Shown here: in pieces, positions 53,665 to 64,000 of the stretch
Layout of the letters: each line of letters starts with the position of its first letter
How positions within the stretch are numbered: the stretch's first letter is position 1
Source of the DNA: an uncultured Acidobacteriota bacterium
GTDB lineage: Bacteria; Acidobacteriota; Blastocatellia; RBC074
Assembly (NCBI GenBank): GCA_963796275.1
Contig: CAWCKY010000004.1
Span: 1,280,001 to 1,344,000 of the forward strand
Direction: 5' to 3'
Length of the DNA stretch: 64,000 nt
Notes under the pieces: model-generated
The model's database searches: none
Told to the model about the DNA's origin: nothing
Seen by the model: only the letters and a program-made list of their open reading frames with translations
Made by a program: the position numbers and the translations under genes

Positions 53665-55875
53665 TTACCTGGATTGGCTGATAAGGATGATATCCTTGAT
53701 GGTCAAACCGCGATCGAAGGCCAGGTATTTACCATCGCGCGACCAGGCAATGCGAAAAATCTGATCTTCTTTGAAGTGAGTCAATTGTTTCGACTGGCCG
53801 CCGTCGATCGGCTGAAGCCAAATATTTGATACCCCATCCTTCGTAAGAATGTAGGTCAGCGATCGGCCATCCGTCGTCCATCGCATTATTCCCGATGCCG
53901 GCAGCGGCATCTCTTTGAACACTTTGACGGGGTTACCGCCTGTAATTGGAATGATCGCAATGACCATCCGTTTGGACTGTTCATCCCGATACTGGCACGC
54001 GATCAACTTTCCATCGGGAGAGACGGCCGGATATAACGAAACCTGCCGCGTCAATTGTATCGGTTCACCTCCATCGATCGATACTTTCCAGAGCGTCAGG
54101 TTTCCCGACTCATCGAAGGAAGTATAGACCACCCATCGCCCATCAGGCGTGAAGCTGGGCAGATCGTCAAACTTCCCGCTCGTCAATTGTCGCGGATTGC
54201 GGCCATCAATATCCATTCGCCAGAGATAAGACGTGCCTGAGCCTTCCGAGGTATAAACTATATAGCGGCCATCGCTGGAAGCGACGGGATCGACCTCTCG
54301 GCGCGGGTCGTAGGTCAACTGCTTCTGATTGGCTCCGCCGGAATCCATAATCCATATATCGGCGTTACCGCTCGCGTGTGAGCCATATATCAGACGATCG
54401 TCAGGAGTCCAGCAGAGGCCCAATAGTTCGCTGTAATTATCCCCATTTACCGATCTAATCAGGCGGGCGCGGCCGGCATCACCGTCTGGCGCGACCCAGA
54501 GGCGTGAAACTCGATCCGATCGCGCCGTGACGAGTTCATCGGATTGAGTGGCAATGCTGAGCCCCGCATGACTATTCAAATTGTTGGTTATTCTGCTAAC
54601 CTCGCCGGCCGGATAAGAGAGATGCCAGAGTTGATTGGCGATCACCGGCGATTTTTGATGAAAAGCAACAACCACAATGCCGCTTCCATCCTTAATCCAG
54701 CCTGTCGGTCCGACCGAAGTCCACGTCTGAGACCCCAACCTGGCCTCGCTCCCATTCGCCACATCCACCGTGACAACGTACATATTGCTCGAGTCGCCCG
54801 GGCTGAATCTCCCCGCACCCAATGCAATAGTTCTTCCATCCGGAGACCATGCCGGCCCACTCCTTATGAAATAATCGGGTCGTTTGCGCGCCGCCAACTG
54901 TTCCTCTCCGCTGCCATCTGCATTGGCGGTAAAGAGGAAAGTTTCCCTGCTTTCAACGTTTCTACGAACGAAGGCGAACCTTTTGCCATCGGGTGAAAAT
55001 GTAACTGTGCTGTCCACCCACGCGAGGATTTTTCTAGGAGTGCCGCCGAGGACCGGCACTTTATAAAGTGCGCCCCTTGGTTGGTCCTTATCCTGAACGA
55101 CGTAATATATGAAGCTGCCATCCGGCGAAAAGGTAACCCCAAGATAATTCACTTCGGACGGCGATATCACCTGCGTATTCCCGGTCGAATTCACCTGCCC
55201 CATGTAGATGCTCTGCCTGCCAGCTTCGTCAAGAACATAGGCCACATATTTCCCGTCGGGCGAAAGCGCCGGTTGCTGAGCATTGCCGGATGAGGTCAAC
55301 AACCTGATCGACCTCATCTCGGGAGATGCAGCCGACCCGCCTGTCAACGAGTTCCATCGAAGAAAGTAGGAAAAGCCGAAAGCGGTTGTTACGGCAAGAA
55401 CGAGAACGGCCGCCGCAATTAGCGCTTTTTCCTTATAGATACGTTTCTCAGATTGTTGCGCTGGAACGGATGTGCCGTCATCTGCCCTAGGCTCGGTTCT
55501 AACGCTATCGCTTCGGTTGGGGTGCGCCTCAACCTGGCCATCTACTCGTCTGATCTCTGCGACAAAACGGTAACCGCGCTTGGGAATGGTCTCGATATAC
55601 TGTTGTTTGGCAGCACTTTCGCCCAACGCCTTCCGTAACTGGAAGATGATCTGCGTCAGGTTGCTCTCCTCGACGAAACAGTCGGGCCATAGGCGATTCA
55701 TCAGCTCTTCTTTTTCCAGAATGCGTCCGGAGCTCTCAACCATTATGACGAGCGCATCCCATACCTTCGGAGCCACTGGCACGGGCGAGCCATCGCGGAG
55801 CATTTGATGGTTGGCGACATCAATTTTGAATGGACCGAACTCATAAAAGTAATAAATTTGCGCGGGACCTGACAT
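53665..55875 (-). CDS. CadC/OmpR-type winged-helix membrane regulator with TolB-like (PD40) propeller domains
   Basis: YEFGPF, LRKALG, IETIPKRGYRF, TM helix, repeated SPDG motifs. Confidence 0.92.
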   Translation of the reverse strand: MSGPAQIYYFYEFGPFKIDVANHQMLRDGSPVPVAPKVWDALVIMVESSGRILEKEELMNRLWPDCFVEESNLTQIIFQLRKALGESAAKQQYIETIPKRGYRFVAEIRRVDGQVEAHPNRSDSVRTEPRADDGTSVPAQQSEKRIYKEKALIAAAVLVLAVTTAFGFSYFLRWNSLTGGSAASPEMRSIRLLTSSGNAQQPALSPDGKYVAYVLDEAGRQSIYMGQVNSTGNTQVISPSEVNYLGVTFSPDGSFIYYVVQDKDQPRGALYKVPVLGGTPRKILAWVDSTVTFSPDGKRFAFVRRNVESRETFLFTANADGSGEEQLAARKRPDYFIRSGPAWSPDGRTIALGAGRFSPGDSSNMYVVTVDVANGSEARLGSQTWTSVGPTGWIKDGSGIVVVAFHQKSPVIANQLWHLSYPAGEVSRITNNLNSHAGLSIATQSDELVTARSDRVSRLWVAPDGDAGRARLIRSVNGDNYSELLGLCWTPDDRLIYGSHASGNADIWIMDSGGANQKQLTYDPRREVDPVASSDGRYIVYTSEGSGTSYLWRMDIDGRNPRQLTSGKFDDLPSFTPDGRWVVYTSFDESGNLTLWKVSIDGGEPIQLTRQVSLYPAVSPDGKLIACQYRDEQSKRMVIAIIPITGGNPVKVFKEMPLPASGIMRWTTDGRSLTYILTKDGVSNIWLQPIDGGQSKQLTHFKEDQIFRIAWSRDGKYLAFDRGLTIKDIILISQSR

Positions 55876-56057
55876 TTGTGCCCCCTCTCAGCGAATCATA
55901 AGCCATTAATAACAACTTTTTCAGGACAAACGGTATGCGCTCAAACTAAAGTCAGCCAGTATTTACTTAATAAAACTGTAGATACCACACATTCTGTGTC
56001 TGCAGAAAGCAAGTTCATCTTATCAGACTACCGGAGAGGGAGCCGGGTCAATGAGAA

Positions 56058-56151
56058 CGGTAGACAGCAGGCAGTAGGCAGAGAGCAGTTCGCTTCTGCT
56101 GGGATAACAATATATACGGACTGCCTACTGCATACTGCCTGCTGCCTACCG
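56058..56151. repeat. Inverted heptamer repeats (GGCAGTA)n/(CTGCCTA)n with conserved core
   Basis: Arms 56058-56088 and 56121-56151; core ends AACAATATATACGGA. Confidence 0.85.
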
Positions 56152-56169
56152 CTCTCTGAGGAGAAACTC

Positions 56170-56676
56170 ATGACTGAAAATATAATTACGCCTTCTAGTG
56201 TTAAGTCGCATTCCTTCCAAGATCCGCGCGCATTCGGCGCAATCATTTATGGCGGACTGGCTGTCGGAGTATTGGACGGTATGGCTGCAGTTGTCCTTAC
56301 CATTATTAAAGGCGGAAGCACAATTCGTATGTTTCAGGGTATCGCCAGTGGGTTGCTCGGGCGCGCCTCATTCGAAGGCGGATGGACGACGGCCCTGCTT
56401 GGCGCGTCGCTCCATTTTCTGATCGCATTTATTTGGGCGGCAATTTATTACGGCGCGAGCATAAAGATGCGGGCGCTGATTCGGCGCCCTTTAATATTAG
56501 GGCCGATTTATGGTGTAGCGGTCTATTTCGCCATGCAGATCATCGTACTTCCGCTTTCGGCGATCCAAAAGCCACCGTTCTCATTCGCGGCGCCATTGCA
56601 AGGGATTATCGTACATATTCTCTGCGTCGGACTGCCCATTGCGATCTGCGCGCGACAGTCCGCCAGAATCAAATGA
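56170..56676 (+). CDS. Four-TM membrane protein of unknown function
   Basis: GAGGAG RBS; FQGIASGLLG, LHFLIA, HILCVGLPI. Confidence 0.8.
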   Translation: MTENIITPSSVKSHSFQDPRAFGAIIYGGLAVGVLDGMAAVVLTIIKGGSTIRMFQGIASGLLGRASFEGGWTTALLGASLHFLIAFIWAAIYYGASIKMRALIRRPLILGPIYGVAVYFAMQIIVLPLSAIQKPPFSFAAPLQGIIVHILCVGLPIAICARQSARIK

Positions 56677-56684
56677 ATAGATTA

Positions 56685-56847
56685 AGTACTCTGTAAACTA
56701 TTATTTGATGTTTAATGGCGATTCAAGTTCGAAAGTTCGAATCAGTACCGCGAGCGGTAGCGAGCGTGTCTCAATCAACTGGCTCGGGTACAACGCTCGC
56801 TACCGCTCGCGGTACTGATTCATCGATTATCAAGAACTTAGTTAACA
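56685..56847. mobile_element. Uninterrupted copy of the AGTACTC-ended REP-carrying MITE
   Basis: Near-identical to the outer parts of 14622-15047. AATAGATTAAGT is repeated directly at 56676-56687 and 56847-56858. Confidence 0.85.
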
Positions 56848-57267
56848 ATAGATTAAGTTTATTGCAAGAATTATTTTTTGGTACGTTCGGCACGTAGAAG
56901 CGTTTATATAAAAGCAGCACCCGGTGGGTGCCAAACTTTTTCATATCTTGCATAGATAAAGTCTTTGCCCTCAATGCCATTGGGAACACGGGTGTCGCGG
57001 ATTTTCACGGATTTCTTGAATGTCCCGTGAAAATCTGCTGCATCCATGTTATCTGCCTTTTATATCTGCCTTCTATAGATAGCTTCGAAGTGGTCGCTTA
57101 AGTATGAAGTTGTTTATAAGTACATTCTATGAATGTACCGGTAGGTTTGTATTAGAGAATGTATCGGGTAGTTAATAAATCACTGGGATTTGATTCAATT
57201 TAGAGATTAATAAGGCATTGCAGAGGACATTTCAGTCTGGTGAAGGTTTAAATGTAGTCAGATGGGC

Positions 57268-57340
57268 GAGCGACAGCATAAGCCTTGAACTCCCCCAGAG
57301 TTCTGCCTATGGCTTAACCCGGGTATTATGCTGTCGCGCT
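57268..57340. repeat. REP-like inverted repeat downstream of the isomerase gene
   Basis: GAGCGACAGCATAA ... TTATGCTGTCGCGCTC. Confidence 0.55.
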
Positions 57341-57349
57341 CTTGAATAG

Positions 57350-58171
57350 TCAGACGAAGGCGATATATCGCTCTTTCATTAATTCCAGCACTTCATCTCC
57401 CGGCCGATCCCAGATAGATTGATTAAAGATTTCAACTTCGATGAAGCCCCAATAACCGGCAGCTTCGACCAGAGAGCGAATGTAGCGAATATCGATGCAG
57501 CCGTCGCCCATCATTCCGCGTCCCAGGTACATATCGGGTGTCGGCACAAGCCAATCGGAGACGTGAAATTCAAGAATGGACCCACGCGCGCGCGCGATTT
57601 CACGTTCGAGCATAGCATCCCACCAGACGTGGTACACATCGACTACGATGCCAACCGTCTTCGAATCGAACTTCTCCGCCAGGTTGTTGGCTTCCTTAAG
57701 CGATGTGATACAGGAACGCTCAGCCGCGAACATCGGGTGCAGCGGTTCGATCCCCAGCTTGACGTTGCGTTCTTGAGCGTAAGGCACCAGTTGTGCGATC
57801 GCGTCCTCTACCATTCGCCGCGCGGCTTTCAGATCGCGGTCCGGCGCCGGGCCGCACACGAGCACGAGCGTCTCGGCATGTAGCTCCGCCGCCTCATCTA
57901 TCGCCCGCCGGTTGTCGGCAATGCGCTCAGCGCGCTCTTCGCGCGTCGCTGCCGGAAACATTCCGCCGCGACAGACGCTGGAAACATGAAGACCTGCGTC
58001 ACGCACCAGCTTGCGGCTGGCCTCCAGCCCGATCTCGGCGATTTTGTTCCGCCAGATTCCGATCGTCGGAATTCCGGCACGGGCGCAACCATCTACCGCC
58101 TCGGGTAAACTCCAGTGGTTAGTCGTAACCTGGTTTAAACTCAAACGGGTGTAATCAGTTAGGTTATCCAT
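57350..58171 (-). CDS. Sugar phosphate isomerase/epimerase (xylose isomerase-like TIM barrel)
   Basis: SVCRGGMF, IEPLHPMF, DVYHVWWD, FHVSDW, EVEIFN. Confidence 0.92.
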   Translation of the reverse strand: MDNLTDYTRLSLNQVTTNHWSLPEAVDGCARAGIPTIGIWRNKIAEIGLEASRKLVRDAGLHVSSVCRGGMFPAATREERAERIADNRRAIDEAAELHAETLVLVCGPAPDRDLKAARRMVEDAIAQLVPYAQERNVKLGIEPLHPMFAAERSCITSLKEANNLAEKFDSKTVGIVVDVYHVWWDAMLEREIARARGSILEFHVSDWLVPTPDMYLGRGMMGDGCIDIRYIRSLVEAAGYWGFIEVEIFNQSIWDRPGDEVLELMKERYIAFV

Positions 58172-58285
58172 AAAATATCAGGCAGTAAGCAGTAGACAGC
58201 AGGCAGTTCGTATTTTTTATGTAATGTGATAGCTATATTACGGATATTGAAATCGCCGACATACCTCCATCTACTGACAATCAAT

Positions 58286-58600
58286 TTAATTTCTCGTCTT
58301 AATTACTCGTCCGACTCGCTCCATCAAGACGTTATAACTCGGTCTGATCTTCGAACAGGTAAATCGTCTTTCCACAATTAGAATTAATATTTCAAACTCA
58401 GGCATAGAGCCGCAGTTATCTTCCAGAAACTGCCAGAAACCTATCCATTAGCAATTTTCGAGGATCGAGACCGCGACGAATGACTTGACTGGTTATTCCA
58501 TATAGTTCTTCCCAGCGCAATTGTCCAGTGGATTTCTAAATCACCTCAACCACATACATTGCTTTTTGCCGCGTTATCAAGTCTTTATGATTTTTCCTCT
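58286..58600 (-). pseudogene. Decayed four-helix-bundle (23S-IVS/bAvd-like) gene
   Basis: Broken frames read KNHKDLITRQKAMYVVEVI*KSTGQLRWEELYGITSQV, AVSILEN, QFLEDNCGSMPEFEILILIVERR and ERVGRVIK. These are collinear with the family pattern as I recall it (..DLxVWQKAM..EExYGLTSQ.RRAAVSI..GS..ELET..). Confidence 0.78.
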
Positions 58601-58653
58601 TATTTTTGAATATCGTCGCGATCGATAAAATATATCTTCCGTTGCCGACTGAC

Positions 58654-59805
58654 TTACAATTCGGGCACATCGATCCAGCGCCTTTCAGCCCATGATTGCA
58701 GCCCCAACTCGGCGAGCTGCACGCCGCGCGCACCTTCGAGTAAATCGTGCGGAAACGGATCATTCAAAACCACGTGGCGCAGAAACGATTCCCATTGAAC
58801 CTTAAATGCATTCTCAAAATTCATATTATCGGGGACATCCTGCCAGTGCTCGTAAAAATTGAACGGGTTAGGCAGGTCCGGATTCCAGACGGGTTTGGGC
58901 GTATTGACGCGGTGCTGTATTTTACAACCGCGCAAACCTGCGACTGCGCTACCATTCGTGCCATCGACTTGCAGCTGTAAAAGATCGTCGCGGTAGACGC
59001 GCACCGCCCACGATGAATTCATCTGGGCGAAAATTTTCTCTTCTCCCTCGATCTCGAACGATCCGTATGCCGCGTCTTCAGCGGTGCATCGATACCGCCG
59101 TCCGGCTTCATCGACCCGCTCAGGGATATGCGTCGCTCCGCTGCATTGCACGGATTTGACCTTTCCGAAGGTATGATCCAGAAGATAGCGCCAATGGCAG
59201 AACATATCCACGATGATGCCGCCATCGTCCTCCTTGCGATAATTCCAGGAAGGACGCTGGCTTGGTTGCCAATCTCCTTCAAATACCCAATAACCGAATT
59301 CGCCGCGCACGCTGAGAATGCGGCCGAAGAAACCGCTAGCGACCAACCGCTTCAGTTTTCGTATGCCCGGCAGAAACAGCTTATCCTGAACGACTCCATT
59401 CTTGACCCCGCGATCGCGCGCCAACCGGTACAGCTCGAGCGCTGAAGTGAGATTCGTTGCCACCGGCTTCTCGCAATAGATGTGTTTGCCCGCAGCGATT
59501 GCAGCCCGTACCGCATCGGCACGCCCCCCGGTCGTCTGCGCATCGAAATATATCGCAGCATCGCCGGTCGCTAGACATCGATTGAGGTCCGTTGAGTATT
59601 GCGTCAAGCCGTTGGCTTCGGCGAGACCCTTCAATTTCGCTTCATTTCGTCCCACCAAAATCGGCTCGGGATATATCGCTTCACCGCTCCCGATATCGAT
59701 CCCACCCTGTGCCCGGATCGCGACAATAGAACGAATCAGATGCTGGTTCGTTCCCATCCGCCCGGTGACGCCGTTCATAATGATTCCGATTTTATGCAAA
59801 GACAT
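58654..59805 (-). CDS. Gfo/Idh/MocA oxidoreductase
   Basis: NGVTGRMG, HIYCEKP, QDKLFLPG, DMFCHW. Confidence 0.92.
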   Translation of the reverse strand: MSLHKIGIIMNGVTGRMGTNQHLIRSIVAIRAQGGIDIGSGEAIYPEPILVGRNEAKLKGLAEANGLTQYSTDLNRCLATGDAAIYFDAQTTGGRADAVRAAIAAGKHIYCEKPVATNLTSALELYRLARDRGVKNGVVQDKLFLPGIRKLKRLVASGFFGRILSVRGEFGYWVFEGDWQPSQRPSWNYRKEDDGGIIVDMFCHWRYLLDHTFGKVKSVQCSGATHIPERVDEAGRRYRCTAEDAAYGSFEIEGEEKIFAQMNSSWAVRVYRDDLLQLQVDGTNGSAVAGLRGCKIQHRVNTPKPVWNPDLPNPFNFYEHWQDVPDNMNFENAFKVQWESFLRHVVLNDPFPHDLLEGARGVQLAELGLQSWAERRWIDVPEL

Positions 59806-59892
59806 TTGTGAGAAATCCTCGGGAATTTTGTGGGGCAGGCTTTCGTGGATCCGGAGTCCTCTTTCTTCTCCTTCGATTGTTGGTTCCGGACT

Positions 59893-60501
59893 CTACTGTC
59901 TCTTATTTTCTTCCGATATCACCCAATAGTAGATCGTGCGTTCCCGGTCCTTGTCGGTGGTAACTTTCAGGACTTTTTCGGGGTTCCATTCACCCATATC
60001 GAAGGCGTGCGAGACCACGCGCGTACCCGGCTTGAGTTCGCGAAACAATTTCGGTCGCAGTCTGCGGTTCATATCGGGGAGCAGATAGAGAGTAACAACC
60101 GTCGCTTCCTTGAGATCGGTCTCAAAAAGGTCCTGCTGTAAAAATTTAACGCGGTCCGTTACTCCGGCCTTCCGCGCATTCTCGTTGCTCTCCTTGATCC
60201 GATCCGCGTTGATGTCCACTCCGACGCCTCTCGCGCCGTATTTCTGCGCGGCTGTGATGACGATGCGCCCATCGCCGCAGCCGAGGTCGTATATCACGTC
60301 GTTCTTACCGACATTTGCCACCTTCAACATCTCTTCAACCACCTCGTTCGGTGTCGGCACATAAGGAACATCGATTAACTGTTTATGCGCTGAAGTTCTA
60401 AAAAAGCCCTCTCGCACACTTTCTATCGTCAAACCGGATGTCAGCGCGATACCCGCCAGAAGCACAAAGAGCCAGAATTTATTGATAGATTGATACCTCA
60501 T
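59893..60501 (-). CDS. SAM-dependent methyltransferase with N-terminal hydrophobic segment
   Basis: DVPYVPTP, YDLGCGDGRI, VVTLYLLP, VVSHAF. Confidence 0.9.
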   Translation of the reverse strand: MRYQSINKFWLFVLLAGIALTSGLTIESVREGFFRTSAHKQLIDVPYVPTPNEVVEEMLKVANVGKNDVIYDLGCGDGRIVITAAQKYGARGVGVDINADRIKESNENARKAGVTDRVKFLQQDLFETDLKEATVVTLYLLPDMNRRLRPKLFRELKPGTRVVSHAFDMGEWNPEKVLKVTTDKDRERTIYYWVISEENKRQ

Positions 60502-60511
60502 CGATTTCCGC

Positions 60512-61798
60512 TTAATCACTCCCCATTTCCAACCGGGCATGCTTATCTGCCGAACGATTAGCCGTCAGGACAGCAATGGCAGACCGCATCGCCTTTTCGG
60601 GCCCGCAACGGACGGCGGAGCCCGTCCTGATTGCGGAACAGAATTCCGCTATCTCATTTCGGTATGCGATATTCCTCTCCGTCTGAGTCTGGGTCGCCGC
60701 ATTGACAGTGCGTCCGGGCGAATCCGCCGGACGCGTAGCGGACGAATCGGCAACCGGCTCCGAGGTCTTGGGAGAGACTTCCACTCTGGTAGTGCTTCCC
60801 TCACCTTCGGTGAAGAGATAAGCCTCGATCTCTCTCCTCAGGATCAGCGTGCCCTTCGTACCCATATACATTTCATACGCATCCTCGAAGGCATTGGACT
60901 CAATCGATGAAAAAGTTGCCGTGCGTCCGCCCGGGTATTCAAAGGTCGAGTAGACATGATCGAAGACCTCGCGCCCATCTTTGAATCGATCGATGCCGCC
61001 GGTAGTATAGGCAGCGTCGGGAGCCGAATCGAAGAACCAATTGACCGCCGTTATCTGATGGCTTCCCAATTCCGCGACCAAACCTTCCGAATATTTCTTA
61101 TACAACCTCCAGTTCAGCAGGTGCTCCCAATCCGGGTACCCCCATCTGCTCGGGTCGAAATTAGCCGCTGGAGGATCCTCGTTGCGTCGCCAGTTGGCAT
61201 TACGGTGCCAGACCAGCCGAGCGAAGAAGACATCTCCCAACAATCCTGGTTTGACGATGTTTTTGTAGGCGGCCTGATAAATGGGGTTGTAGTACCGCTG
61301 ATAGCCGATCTCTAGAATCCGCTTGTTTCTGCGCATCGCATCGATCATGCGCGAGCATTCGGCCTCGCTCTTGGCCATCATCTTTTCGCAGAGGACGTGT
61401 TTGCCCGCCTCGAGACAACCGACCGAGATGTCGGCATGAGTCCATAAGGGAGTGGCGATGATGACCGCTTCGAGATCCTCCTTTTCAAGCATCGCGCGCC
61501 AATCGTCGTATTGTCCGACCTGCGGCCATCCCGCTCCAGCCATCGTCTCAGCCACCCGCTGCCGGCGTACGGGGTTTATATCGCACAGGGCTTTCAGATC
61601 GATGAACTCTTTCTGGCATTGCGCGATCAAACCTCTTCCCATGCCTCCGGTACCGATCACGGCTGCTTTGACCGGGCCTCCTTTGATCGGGCCGCGAAGG
61701 ACCGCCGCCGTGCCGAGCGCTGCCAGCGCCGGTGTGCCCGCAATTGCCTTCAGGAAATTGCGCCGGCCCTGTTCCATTTGTTCATCTGTCAGATTCAT
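60512..61798 (-). CDS. Gfo/Idh/MocA oxidoreductase with Tat-like leader
   Basis: GRRNFLK, IGTGGMG, HVLCEK, NWRLY, ELGSHQ. Confidence 0.92.
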   Translation of the reverse strand: MNLTDEQMEQGRRNFLKAIAGTPALAALGTAAVLRGPIKGGPVKAAVIGTGGMGRGLIAQCQKEFIDLKALCDINPVRRQRVAETMAGAGWPQVGQYDDWRAMLEKEDLEAVIIATPLWTHADISVGCLEAGKHVLCEKMMAKSEAECSRMIDAMRRNKRILEIGYQRYYNPIYQAAYKNIVKPGLLGDVFFARLVWHRNANWRRNEDPPAANFDPSRWGYPDWEHLLNWRLYKKYSEGLVAELGSHQITAVNWFFDSAPDAAYTTGGIDRFKDGREVFDHVYSTFEYPGGRTATFSSIESNAFEDAYEMYMGTKGTLILRREIEAYLFTEGEGSTTRVEVSPKTSEPVADSSATRPADSPGRTVNAATQTQTERNIAYRNEIAEFCSAIRTGSAVRCGPEKAMRSAIAVLTANRSADKHARLEMGSD

Positions 61799-62289
61799 TG
61801 TTTAGCCTTTATATTTGACGGTGGGATGGAAATCATCCGGCCTCCAGTTAATTCTCACCCGCCTTTACTACCAGATGATGCCATCAGATACAACTCAATG
61901 CCTAATGCTATGCACACTAAATAGCATAACCTGCCGTGACCGGGTCCGCATTTCAACAAGCTTGCCAATGCTTTCAAGGCAGATTAATGTACTCCGGATT
62001 GTGAGTGAACGGTCTTAGTCGCGGGAAGCCTTGTCATTACGCAGGGCAAGTAGTGCTACGGTGTCATAAAATTCTCGAATTTCCTTGGAAATTCGCATGT
62101 CCGATCTGTGAACCACCGCGTTGGGATGGCGGAGCCTCTGGAGTGCGGTAGCTTGGGATTATACTGGCAAACTCTCCAGCGCCGGAGGCGCTGCGGAATT
62201 TAGCCGGTGGTGGAGCGCAGCGTAACCACCGGAACAGATCAATGAGATTTTCGCGTCCCGGAGGGACGCTGGAGTCCTGCGCCCTTTCA

Positions 62290-62502
62290 GATTCTGCTGG
62301 CGAATTCGTTTATCCGTGAGCGCCAGAGGCGCGATACGTTTATAGATTTTTTCGTAATAGTGCCCCAGCTCCGGAGCGGCATATAAACGGCATCATCTGT
62401 CGCTCCGGAGCTGGATATAATTACTTGCCATGTTCTATAAACATAACGCTCCTCCGGAGCTAAGAGCCGATAATTTCATTTTCTGAATTCGCCAGCAGAA
62501 TC
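62290..62502. mobile_element. MITE (213 bp) with perfect 18-bp TIRs and 5-bp target duplication, inserted in a REP hairpin
   Basis: GATTCTGCTGGCGAATTC / GAATTCGCCAGCAGAATC; TTTCA at 62285-62289 and 62503-62507. The reconstructed empty site GCGCCC-TTTCA-GGGCGC is a hairpin. Confidence 0.88.
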
Positions 62503-62605
62503 TTTCAGGGCGCGGATCATTTCCGGTACTCTAGCAGAAGGATAAACCCTCAGCAACGGACTTGTTCATCGGGGTTTAGCCATTTCTCGAGCGACCAAGA
62601 TATCT

Positions 62606-64000
62606 TTAATGCTGATTTCCCAACACAACGCGCACCAAATGCGTGCCTTCATCCCCGTTGAGCGGAACCCATTTATCCTCCTGCTCCTCTCCATCCAATT
62701 CCACCTTCTCCACTCCTCGAGACACGCCCTTTGGGTTTTCGACGACGATGTGGTAGCGCGCCTCTTGATGTGAATAAAGAATCTCGTACTTCGGCCAACT
62801 AGCCGGAATGCACGGGTCGATCGTAAAATGCAAACCGCGCTGCTTGAATCCGAGGATCGCCTCGATCGCTACCCGGTACATCCAACCCGCTGATCCTGTA
62901 TACCAGCTCCACCCTCCTCGCCCTTCATACGGCGAAACAGCATAGACATCGGCTGCAATTACATATGGCTCGATTTTGTAACGCATCACATCGCCCTCGG
63001 TACTCGTGTGGCACACCGGATTTAACATCCGGAACAGCTCAAACGCGCGGTCGCCTTCACCCTGCAGGGCGAAGGCTAGGATCGTCCAGATGGCAGCGTG
63101 TGTATATTGGCCGCCATTCTCGCGCACGCCGGGGACGTAGCCCTTGATATAACCGGGATCGACCGGAGCCTGGTCGAAAGGCGGAGTGAAAAGCAAAACC
63201 AGCTTTTGATCGCTACGGACGAGCTGCTTTTCGACGGAGGACATCGCGAGGACCGCGCGCTCGCGGCGGGCGGCCCCCGAGATCACGCCCCAGGTCTGCG
63301 CGATCGAATCTATGCGGCATTCATCATTCTGAACGGAACCGAGCGGCGTGCCGTCATCGAAGTATGCCCGCCGATACCACTCGCCGTCCCACGCCTCTTT
63401 CTCCACGGCCCATGACAATTGCTCGGCATGACCGCGGTAGATTCTCGATCTTTCGTGATCTCCACGCCGCTCGGCAAGTTCTGCGAAATCCGTGAGCGTC
63501 GCAATCAGAAACCAGGCCAGCCAGACTGATTCTCCTTTGCCTCCGTAACCGACGCGGTTCATCCCATCGTTCCAATCGCCGGAGCCCATCAACGGCAGCC
63601 CATGCGCGCCGACCGCCAGCCCGCGATCGAGTGCGCGCACACAGTGGTCATAGATCGTCCCCTGCTCGTCGGACGTCGAAGGCATACCGTAATACTCGTC
63701 CTCTTGCGGCTCGAGGGGCCGGCCGTGAAGATAAGGCGCTTTCTCCTCCAGAATGCTCGAATCTCCTGTGATCATCGAATAGAAACAGGTGACGAATGCG
63801 AGCCAATGAAGGTCATCCGAGAATCGCGTGCGTACGCCGCGCCCTGTCGGCGGGTGCCACCAGTGCTGGACGTCGCCCTCGACAAATTGGCGGCCCGCGG
63901 CCCTGATGATCTGCTCGCGCGCCAGTTGCGGCGACGAATAGACGAGAGCCATGACATCCTGCAACTGATCGCGGAAGCCGTAGGCGCCGCCCGATTGGTA
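62606..64000 (-). CDS. GH94 glycoside phosphorylase domain (cyclic beta-1,2-glucan synthase NdvB-like C-terminus), 5' part outside the window
   Basis: [51 protein letters not shown]. Confidence 0.92.
   Translation of the reverse strand, partial: YQSGGAYGFRDQLQDVMALVYSSPQLAREQIIRAAGRQFVEGDVQHWWHPPTGRGVRTRFSDDLHWLAFVTCFYSMITGDSSILEEKAPYLHGRPLEPQEDEYYGMPSTSDEQGTIYDHCVRALDRGLAVGAHGLPLMGSGDWNDGMNRVGYGGKGESVWLAWFLIATLTDFAELAERRGDHERSRIYRGHAEQLSWAVEKEAWDGEWYRRAYFDDGTPLGSVQNDECRIDSIAQTWGVISGAARRERAVLAMSSVEKQLVRSDQKLVLLFTPPFDQAPVDPGYIKGYVPGVRENGGQYTHAAIWTILAFALQGEGDRAFELFRMLNPVCHTSTEGDVMRYKIEPYVIAADVYAVSPYEGRGGWSWYTGSAGWMYRVAIEAILGFKQRGLHFTIDPCIPASWPKYEILYSHQEARYHIVVENPKGVSRGVEKVELDGEEQEDKWVPLNGDEGTHLVRVVLGNQH

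Noticed and set aside
58286-58600. Diversity-generating retroelement, suggested by the Avd-like relic
   Set aside because: No reverse transcriptase and no TR/VR repeat pair seen in the window

Overview
A GC-rich bacterial chromosomal window. Gene content (Oar-type TonB receptor, wHTH-TolB regulator, DUF4097 and ECF sigma/anti-sigma) suggests Acidobacteriota, probably Blastocatellia; this is an inference. It holds a core housekeeping cluster on the minus strand (folP ... ispE, tRNA-Gln, prs, rplY, pth, rpsF, rpsR, rplI, dnaB, alr), iscS-iscU-glcE-glcF, aceE, and carbohydrate or accessory genes (enolase-family dehydratase, large pectate lyase, Gfo/Idh/MocA oxidoreductases, GH94). Several genes carry indel frameshifts that look like long-read errors. 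The ORF track misses five notable signals. (1) A tRNA-Ile2(CAU) is split by a 388-nt Azoarcus-like group I intron inserted at U33/C34, with an enlarged P1 loop. (2) A signal-peptide peroxiredoxin has an in-frame UGA at its catalytic position followed by a SECIS-like hairpin, so it is probably a selenoprotein. (3) A family of inverted heptamer-repeat hairpins sits at gene junctions; some share a conserved ~30-bp core, and one encloses a decayed four-helix-bundle (IVS/bAvd-like) gene. (4) Nested REP-carrying MITEs show visible target-site duplications and an empty-site copy. (5) A 7-unit tandem array of REP doublets lies at 43.8-44.5 kb. All calls are by eye, with no database search.
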